Source: Amoebidium appalachense
Lineage: Eukaryota > Protista > Ichthyosporea
Direction of reading: 5' to 3'
DNA: 64,000 nucleotides
Assembly (NCBI GenBank): GCA_963693365.1
Contig: CAVNZM010000007.1
Span: 10,723,962-10,787,961 of the forward strand
Position numbers and translations under genes: made by a program. The notes under the pieces were generated by a model. It saw only the letters and a program-made list of their open reading frames with translations. It was not told the DNA's origin and did no database searches. Positions 22,824-64,000 of this stretch are shown here, piece after piece (position 1 is the stretch's first letter; each line of letters opens with the position of its first letter).

Positions 22824-24525
22824 CGGAAAAAATAAAGGGGGGGGGGGGGAGGGGGCCACAAATGCCCATGACGTTTATGTCGGGCCACCTCATGAAAATC
22901 TGCTCGCTGTGAGTGACCATGAGCAAGCAGTTTATCATACATGAAGATGATGCTGGGTTCTGTGTGCAGCTTTCAGGCTCCAGGTTTCAGGCTACCGTTC
23001 TCTTCTTGTTTCAGGCATATGCACGTGCTGCGCGGCACAGAAACAGCATATGTCACAGCGCATAGCTATAGAAGGCGGCTGTTATTCATCCCGAGAGGGC
23101 TTAAAATTACCTTTTTACATACTGTAAAACATCTTATGGAAATTAGAAAGAAAAAAAGACGGCGAGCTACTATATTGATCATTATCATAATCCCACATCC
23201 ACATCTGCGGGGAACCTGCGCGTACCGATTCCTGATCACTAATATCAGTACCCAGCCTACGTAGGTACGCGGTGTATATAACTCATGATGGCAATACTAA
23301 TTGGTTGTGCATGAGTGGCTGCTGGGGCAGACCAGAAGCACTCGGCAGTAGTGTATCCTTCATCACCACACTGTGCGGCCGGTGCCCCTCTACTTGCCAG
23401 GCACACGAACGGGCTATTTTATTGTGTCTGAGCTATAAGCACCTGTGCCACGGCACTGCCTGTGTGTGGAGCCGCTGCGGTCTTCTCGATACACCAGCGC
23501 CGCTTTGCGCACCAACTCAGAGAGGAAGGGGGGGGGAAAAGGTTGGGCAGCTGGCACGTACTGACTGTGCCCTCTAGCCTATGTACGAATAAATCGACGC
23601 TGGCTATTTTCCAAGGGCAGGTGAGTCACGTGATCAGCCGCTCTCCGGGTCGTCCGCGTTGGCGTTGAAAAATAAAGAGCTACCTCAGAAGGTAGCAGGT
23701 TGGGCAGCCGCAAATGCTGGCTTGCGGCCCCGGGCATTGTTGAGATTTATTACTGATGATATCCGGCTGGGCCGGGTTCACGCGTACCAATGATCGGTAA
23801 GGATTCCGGAGCACCTGCTTTACAGTTGGACTCCTTTTCTTGAGGCTGCTGCAGCTGGCACCGTCGCCTACTGGTGGTGACTCACACCCCTCTGCAGCAG
23901 TGCAGCTGAAGCGCTGATTGGCGCTAGCGCCATCCCACAACATCCCCCCAACCTTCCCCTCAAGTTGGGCCCGAAACTTTTTTTTTTTTTAATAATGACT
24001 TGTTATCACATTATTTCCGACTCGGTCACTCGGACCGAGTCCGACCGACTGGATTTCTTCAACAACACAAATGTTCAAATTCTACTCAAGAAAGTTTTGG
24101 AGCTCATTTTAACGCTGAAAATTCCTTTAAAAGCAATTTTGTTTTTGCGTATTTTGATCTAACATCAACTTGGATCAGTTGGATGTATAAAGCTTGTCAA
24201 CATTTTTCTAAAGAACCCCGCATAATGAGGTGTACGGAGCATATTGGGCAATTTAGGCTTCCATCTCTCATTGGCTCCTGACAATTTTTGGCGCTAACAT
24301 TTCCCCGGGACTGAGCCTCGCTATCACCGACGCTAGACACTAGAGTTGTGTCGACTCGAACCCACTCTTGGCCCACTATCCATAAATTCTGTATGTGGTC
24401 GGCTATTATAATTACAGCAACTAACCGACAGAAAGTTTTTAGTCTCATAATACTTGTAGCTCGCTGTATGTGTGTGTACACGTGCATGAAAATCAGGCCA
24501 AAATATAATTAGCTCCTTCTGCAGA

Positions 24526-33908
<9,383 letters not shown>

Positions 33909-34921
33909 ACCCCCACGTACAGCGCAGCTACTTGGGGGTGCGGGTGGGGGGTTCATGACCTATTTCCCATGTGGTGATCGAATTTTGGTGTGGATATGCA
34001 TGGATATAAAATGTCGCCACTAGAGCAAGAATCAAACCATGCCAGCAGGCCAGAGCATTACGGATATGCAATACTGTTAGGGCCCAGTGCATGTGCACAT
34101 GCTTGGGGCTTAAATGAGTGTATTCCAACAGAAAATAGCTTGAGGAAGGGGAGTGGAAGGCGCGCTGGGGGAAGGGGGGGGGGGGGGGAGGGGGGGAGGG
34201 GAGGAGGGAAGGGGGGAGGGGGAGGATAATAAATAGATGGCGACAAACATCTGCCTGTAGGGTTCATGACCACTGAATGAATGACTTGGAGGGCACCACT
34301 TGTGCGGTTTATTTGGCACATGCGGTATATACGCCATGCATGCACACTTCCCTAGATCCGATGCTCGGCTGTTATCGGCCTGTGTCTGGCCTACTGTCTA
34401 TGCTACTGCACCACCGCTGAGTGTGGATGCATGTTCGTTTTTTTCCATGGTGAGTGTGCGTATTTGTTATTGCATATGTGTCCATTAAGGTATATATCCT
34501 GCAAACCTCCATTCTTGCTACGGATCATTTTGAGGCCCAAGCCACAGAGCTTTAGCAAACAGAGCAAATATTTATATTTTTTTAAACCCTTTCCTTTCGG
34601 GGTCTCACGTGCGGCATACAGCAGTCATTCATAGAATACTCGCACCACCCACTCATTCTTACGTTCCCATTAATTCTACAAATGAACATACAAAGTCATA
34701 GCAAATTTATCATTCCCAAATTCGTTACTGCATACGCAAAATTGGTATCCATTCGTACATTCAAAACCCCCCCCCACCCCCCCTTTAATGCTATTGTGAG
34801 CCGTTTGGAGCCCACGTGCCCCCCCTGATAGCAAACCCCTCCTCCCCGACACTTGTCATTAATTCCTCCTGGGGTGTGTTCTTGGCCAGTACACGTCCAA
34901 GTCTCTTGCGGCCCCCAGGTG

Positions 34922-53587
<18,666 letters not shown>

Positions 53588-53616
53588 CTGCGTGAGCCCA
53601 CCAACCCCACTGGCAG

Positions 53617-53664
<48 letters not shown>

Positions 53665-53700
53665 CGTGTGTGTGTGTGTGTGTACATGTGTGTGTGTGTA

Positions 53701-53752
<52 letters not shown>

Positions 53753-53800
53753 GTGTGTGTGGTATGTACGTGTGTGTGTGTGGTGTGTGTGTATGTGTGT

Positions 53801-53843
<43 letters not shown>

Positions 53844-56803
53844 GTGTAGATTTTGGGAGATTGGGGATGTGGGAAGGAAGAAAGAAAGGAGGGATGGTGT
53901 CACAACCTGGGCACAGCGTGCGTGTGTGTTGGGGAGGGGAGGGGGGAGGCACAGGGGAGAGGTGTGGCCCGGGAAGGAGGTGGGGATAAAGCTAAGGGAA
54001 ATATGTGATGGGGCTACAGGTAGATCAATCTGTGCACAAAAAGCTCAGGTGGGGCCATGAGTTGCGGAAAGGGTGGAGTTACCCGAGCCGTGAGACCCGT
54101 GGAGGCAGCTGTGGTTTGTGTATGCGGGGGTGGGGGGTGGGGGCGGGGGGGGGGGTTGGGGGGGGGGGGGGGGAAGGCGAGGATGTTGGGGGAGGTGCAA
54201 GGGAAAGGGGGGGAGGGAGGGAGGAAGTACGGCGGATGGGGGGTGGGGGAGGGGGGGGGGAGGGACAGGGGGGCAGCGGGGAGGTGGATTCTAGTCGATG
54301 TGCAACTGTGGTGTGCCTGCTTTTTGTCCTTTGGTAATCATCCAGTAGATTCAGCATAAACAGTGCGAGCATGTGTACCCTTAACTGGCGCTCTCGTGCG
54401 CATACGTGTGTGTGGTGGCAGAGAGAAGGAAACACCGATCAAAAGAATCCCAGAATGCTTTTAGACACAACCAACACGCTCTCGCACAGAGTTCCGGGTG
54501 AACGACTCACAAGCGCACACTTCTTCTTTAAGCAGGTCTGGTGTTTGTGGTGTTTGCATGCACGTGCTTTGCTCTCCCATGCACCTGATTTGAACTCGTG
54601 TAGTAAACAGGAGAGGCTGTGTGTTGGTGTGTGTGTGTGTGCATGTGTGTGTAACGGTACGTGCATGCTCGCGGGCACACGTGTGTGTGTTTTCGTTTAT
54701 TTGCACATGCGTATGTGTGCCTGCACACAATGTGTGTATGCCTGCGCATGTGGATGCTAAGTTCTTGGGTGAGCCACGGCACACATGTGGGCGTAGAGGT
54801 GTGCCCGTCGGGGCGTAAGTGTGTATGTGAGTGCGTGTGTGCGTGGGCGAGCGAGTGTGTCTGTGGGCGAACGTTCGTGTGTGTGCACACACTGTCAAGC
54901 TGCAGGGGGCCTTGTGCCATATGCGCTAGCAAACGAAGGTGCGTGCAGATGTTGATGGGCACAGTGGAGCCGTAGGTGAGATGTTTGCGTTATATTTCTG
55001 TGAGCATTAGATGTCCTCACTGCTGTTCCAAATACTCTCGCTGTCTTGTGTTCGTTGCTTGGGTGTGAGCGTGGTGTGTCCGTGGGCGGTTGTGCCTATC
55101 TGAGCAACAGGGGGGCCTGCGTGCTCATGTGTGTGTGTGCGTGTGGCCACATGCCAGAACGTACCATATCGCCGGTGGCGTGCTTGTTCAGCGACAGCAT
55201 AGCAGCACGTGCAAGCTATGGCCAGGCCACGGCCCGTGTCCAACCTGCCCACACATAGACAGGCCACACTACTTGCCCGCCTGCTTTGGAACCCCCCTCG
55301 GATGATTGTTTTGTTATGCGGAACTGTGGATGTCTGTCTGGTTATTACAGAGCAGTGTCTTGCTAAATACTATGCTGTAGCATCTACACCTAGCACAAAC
55401 CACAAAACTCGCTAATTTCACCTTGCAGTAGTACAGTTTGACAGACTGACACAGCTGTAGAGGTTCACGATATCGATGACTAAAGTGACCGACATGGGCG
55501 GATCACGGTGGTGTTTATAACATTGGAATTTACCCTCCTCCACGCTACAAAGGTTCACGGTTCACCCGGCTTTGTCCATACAGATACCACGAAGCACCAG
55601 AATGAGATGAACCATTTGTAAGTAAGCTTTAATAATGAAGTCATCTGGGAGTTTTAAGTTTTTGAAATGGTTACGAGTGCACGACTATTTCCCATTCAAG
55701 ACGATAGCTCCACGGGTGTGTGCATACGTGGTAATATCATACGCTGTGTACTTGTTGCATGCCGGAATTCGCTTCGCTCTACCTAAAGACCAAGGAATGT
55801 GGCCGGTCGGTTCTGAGGGCCTGGCGTGGGTCATGAAGTTGATGCAATCCCGGCCCGTGACTAATAAGCCAGCTAGGGCTGTTCATAATACGCGTTAGCG
55901 TGATGGCCTGTAGGTATATATGTATCTGAAAGGGCGGTGCTCCAGTCCTTAGGTCAGACCCAACCTAAACCGAGCTCGGAGGCTCTTTCGGTGACTCGCC
56001 CGCTGCGTACATATAAACCGCAATGCGGATCCAGGGGGAACGGATTAGATTTAAGCCAGTCTAATTGTGCTTTCAATAGCTTTATATGGCAAGTTTAGTA
56101 GATTTACAATTGGTTGCACCCACTCACCGCGGCCGCGCGCAGTGGGGCAGCTCAGGTAAGTTACTAACCGTTGGCGCGGAAAACTCTCACCCTGAGACCG
56201 TCACACTCGGCAGGAACGCGCAAGCTTTTGTAGTGTTAGGCTGCTAAACTTGTGCTATCATACAAACACAAACACACGAATAAGTAGAATATATATGGCG
56301 CAACACACATAAACTGGCACCTGTTTAACAGTTTGCTTGCAGGGCTGCTTGTGCGTGGCCACGAGCAGGTGCGTGCCTGGGCTTAGCCCTGTGTGTTTGT
56401 CCTTTAAAAGTTGTGCTTCCACGTACTTGCCAAGGAGACATATGTCCTTGACTGGCCGGTAGAAGACTAGTCAGTGGCTGGTCTGTAAACACAGGTTAAA
56501 ATGGTGTGTGTGTGCGTGTTTGGGCAGGGGGCAGGGGGAGGGGGGCAGGGGGGAGGGAGGTAGGGGGAGGAGGTAAAATAGTTTTTTGGGGCGGATAAGT
56601 GCTTAGATAAGTTACAGTGGGTAACGAAACCTGGCGCTCGCTAACAGAGCCTAACTGATTCGAACGTTGCTGGCGTCTGCAGGCATAGGGACAGACAGTG
56701 TGTGCTACGTACGTCTGGGGTGACTCTCGTTGCCTTTGCTGTTTGGGAGCCTGCGGGCTGGTATAGGCGTGAGTGCACTATTAGTCTTCACTGCACACTG
56801 AAG

Positions 56804-60672
<3,869 letters not shown>

Positions 60673-61075
60673 AGACAGAGACGATGAGGGGGAGGCCGGG
60701 GGCAAGCGGTCAAGGGCTGGGGGCCACAGCCAATATTAGCATATGCACGTGTAGAGGTGGGGCTACATGAATAGATTATTGGTGTATAATGCCACAGAGC
60801 TGGTCTCTGGGGAATAAACGGGCCCAGCCCAGCAGAAACAACTGGGATGTGACCGTGGTGCCAGGATTTATGAATTCATTTAAAATCATTACGAAATGTG
60901 TGTGTGCCCTATATGTTGTGCCAGCTTAGAGGTGGCGTGCACACACTACGACTCTTTCGTGAAGGTGAATGAAGGTAGGCTACATGCTCCTACCTCAACC
61001 CCCAAGGAGAAACATATGGACCCCCCCTCCCCCCCCCCCCCCCCCCCTCTCCCTCTCCCCTTCCCCAAACACTGT

Positions 61076-61209
61076 GTGGGCCCCACCTGAAAATCTATGG
61101 GCTCTGCGTAATACGATGCATATTCCATTTGTGTGCTTTGCAAATTTTGCATTGCGTTAACGGTCGTGAATGCATAGCATGTGCTTCGTACCCTGCAACG
61201 CATTCTAAA
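61076..61209 (+). mobile_element. Copy C (3' part) of the structured-RNA element
   Basis: gtgggccccacctgaaaatctatgggctctg...gcttcgtac...cgcattctaaa followed by poly(C); collinear with the minus strand of copies A and B. Confidence 0.7.
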
Positions 61210-61296
61210 CCCCCCCTCCTATCCCTACCCACATCAATATCCCCCCCCCCCCTCCCCCCCCGCCTCTTGCCCATATCAACCCCATCCCCCGCCTAG

Positions 61297-62630
61297 CTAC
61301 GTGCATGGCTCTTGGCCTTCATGTGTGACGTCATGCATGTCGGGGGCTGTGGCAGCCAGTGCCCTAGCAGTGGCCACGATGTCGTCATCATCGCCGTCAA
61401 ACTCGCTGTCGTAGCCGTCATCCCCTGCTGACCCTGTCTCCTCCTTGAGCCGGCGCAGCATGGCTGCAAACCCGTGCAATGTTAGTTCAGAACACGTGCA
61501 CATGTATGTTACCTGCTAACAACCCAACCATTAAAGCCCTTTCTCCCCTCAGTAGGCACACACACACACACAACACATACACACAAACATGTCACACGCA
61601 CACACATGCACGAACGCACACATGCATGCACACACGCGCACACACGCACATACACCACACACACACAAACATATCTTCAAGTGTGCTGTGCTGTGCTGAG
61701 CATGTATGTTGTGTTATGTATGTGGATCGGGAGACGTGCAGGCGTGGCAGGCCGGGGGGCAGGGGGAGGGGATTAAGAATGAGTTTAAAGTGAGAACTAG
61801 ACATGCAGGACGGACAACATAATGCAGAGTGAAAGCCACGCCGAGAGTATACAAAAGGGGGGGGGGGGGGGGGGATTATTGCACGAACACTTTGGACACA
61901 TGGAATGTGTTAGACAGCATCCAAGGTGCACGTGTGTGGCCACGCACCTTCCTCGAGCTCCTGGGGGGGGTCTATGAGCAGGTCCATGGGGGTTTTTCCG
62001 TCGTAGTCGGTAGGGGTGACGTTTGCGTGGCCCTGCTCGACCAGATACAGCGCAATGTCAAAGTCCTCCTGTGTGTGTGTGCAGCGTCAGCACCAGGCAC
62101 GAGGGCAAAGAACACAAACCTCGTTTTCTGCTGACATATTAACTCTTCGGGCCTTTTCCGATCTGATTAATTTTTTATTATTAGATATGACCCACAAAGG
62201 GGCACTACTTATGGCAAGCAACGGGGGCGATACGCCCTCACATGCCTGCTGGCACATGTTCGTGTTCCGAATACAATACTCCCTTAAAGGTCATTCAAAA
62301 ACCACCCTGCCGTTGTTCTCAACCATGAAACATGTACTGCCCCTCTTCTTTTGCGCAAAAGCAAACCAGCACTGCCAACTAAGATACCGGCCTGATGGCA
62401 GTGCGCCATCCATTCCAGTCAAGACCTGGGGTCCATGTGCCCATATACACACGTAAGCAGTTGCCTACACCATCCCATGCCACCACAAATTCACCCCATG
62501 CCCTTTTATGGTCCCTAGGCCCACCCACGTACCTCGATGACGGCATAGTGCAGGGGGGTGCAGTGCTCAAAGTTGGCCACGTTGACATTGGCCCCGTGCT
62601 CAACAAGATACGTCACCACTGGCACGTGCC
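61297..62630 (-). CDS. Ankyrin-repeat protein, last three exons (5' part probably beyond the window)
   Basis: Exons 62533-62630 (GHVPVVTYLVEHGANVNVANFEHCTPLHYAVIE), 61948-62068 (EDFDIALYLVEQGHANVTPTDYDGKTPMDL) and 61297-61463 (acidic tail, stop). GT-AG boundaries are phase-consistent. Confidence 0.85.
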
Positions 62631-62674
62631 CTGCAACAAAAGTATGAATACGGGTGTGTGTGGGGGGGGGGAGG

Positions 62675-63075
62675 TTTGAATGTGTCATGAAGTACGAAGT
62701 AGACATGAACAACGGATAACACGATGCAGAATGCAAACCATACATAAAGAGTATGCGTAATAAGCAGAGCTGTGTGTGTCTGTGTGTGTGTGTGGGTGGG
62801 TGGGTGGGTGGGTGGGTGGGGGGGTTTTGAATGCGTCAAAAAGTACGAAGTACACAAGAACAAACGGATAACACGATGCAGAATGCAAGCCATACATAAA
62901 GAGTATGCATAATAAGCAGAGCCCATCCTCAGGGGGGGCCCACGTCATCCACAGTACCCGAGTTTCGACCTATTCCCCTCGTTAACGAAACCCAACTCAG
63001 ATACTGTTTCACTTGAACATGAGTAGGTCACCCGTCTTGATCAGAGACGAGCAGGGTTGCTTATGCAGGCAAGGG
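62675..63075 (-). mobile_element. Copy B (62825-63075) plus duplicated terminal fragment B' (62675-62770) of the structured-RNA element
   Basis: Both start GG|TTT(T)GAATG...AGTACGAAGTA on the plus strand. B shares cagagcccatcctcaggg, gagtttcgacc, ccaactcaga and cccgtcttgatca.agacgagcagggttgcttatgca.gcaagg with copy A. Confidence 0.8.
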
Positions 63076-63626
63076 CAGTGGGAAAGGCCGGGGGTTAAAG
63101 TTGCAGCAGTAAGCAGAAGCAAGAAAAATATAGATAGGAACTCAGGAGACGGGGCTTCTAGGAAGCTCCCCCGTCGATACCTAAGTCGATACTTCCCTGG
63201 CTAACATACTACACCAGCTGAAAAGAATTAAGTCCCGAAGGCCACAGAATTCGTAATCAGAGGGGAAAATATGAGATTTGACCCACGCCGCAGGGTAGTA
63301 ACACGCTTACTAGGGCGGAACTTTATCGTCTTCGAACGGAAAGCTATGCCCCCGGATGTCAGCCGGAAATATGGTATCACCCATTGCTTTGGGCTTGAAA
63401 AAAGCCAAACCGATAGTCCGAGTTATGTTACGCCGGCGGGTAACATGCCGCATGGGTTCCAAGGGAGCTGTCGCCAACAGAGCGGTGTGTGCATGCGTGC
63501 GCGTAACGCAATGTGTGAAGTGTGTCTATAGCTATGAAAGGGGGTATGCAGAAGTGGACAGATGAAGTGTGTGGAGAGAAAAACAGTAAGAAGAAAAGTA
63601 GACACCAGTATGTGCAACCCCGCACA

Positions 63627-63661
<35 letters not shown>

Positions 63662-63722
63662 AATAAGCGAAGATTACAGGTAATCAACCAGAACAACAAA
63701 TGACAAGCAAAACAACAGGCGC

Positions 63723-64000
<278 letters not shown>

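Overview
Eukaryotic, intron-rich genomic DNA, densely filled with poly(C)/poly(G), poly(A) and (CA)/(GT) tracts. Gene content (RasGRP-like, ZC3H11A-like, ACADSB) suggests a unicellular holozoan, possibly an ichthyosporean; this is inference. Most ORFs in the six-frame track are microsatellite artefacts. From left to right the window holds: a Ty1/copia LTR retrotransposon with a half-tRNA-iMet type PBS and an internal deletion of the whole RT; an intronless RluA-family pseudouridine synthase (-); a 3-exon DUF4436 membrane protein (+); a multi-exon mitochondrial short/branched-chain acyl-CoA dehydrogenase (-); a short CAP-G/Cnd3-like HEAT protein (+); a large REM-RasGEF-EF-hand (RasGRP-like) gene (-); a ZC3H11A-like CCCH zinc-finger gene with a GW/WG-rich tail (+); and the 3' part of an ankyrin-repeat gene (-). 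The most unusual signal is a dispersed non-coding element family with at least 5-6 copies. It sits in poly(C)/poly(G) tracts, one copy has pseudo-LTR-like direct terminal repeats, and it conserves hairpins plus hammerhead-ribozyme core motifs (GUH, GAAAC, CUGANGA) in a non-canonical, permuted order. Several single-base frameshifts fall in homopolymers and are probably sequencing errors. Exon boundaries were read by eye and are provisional.
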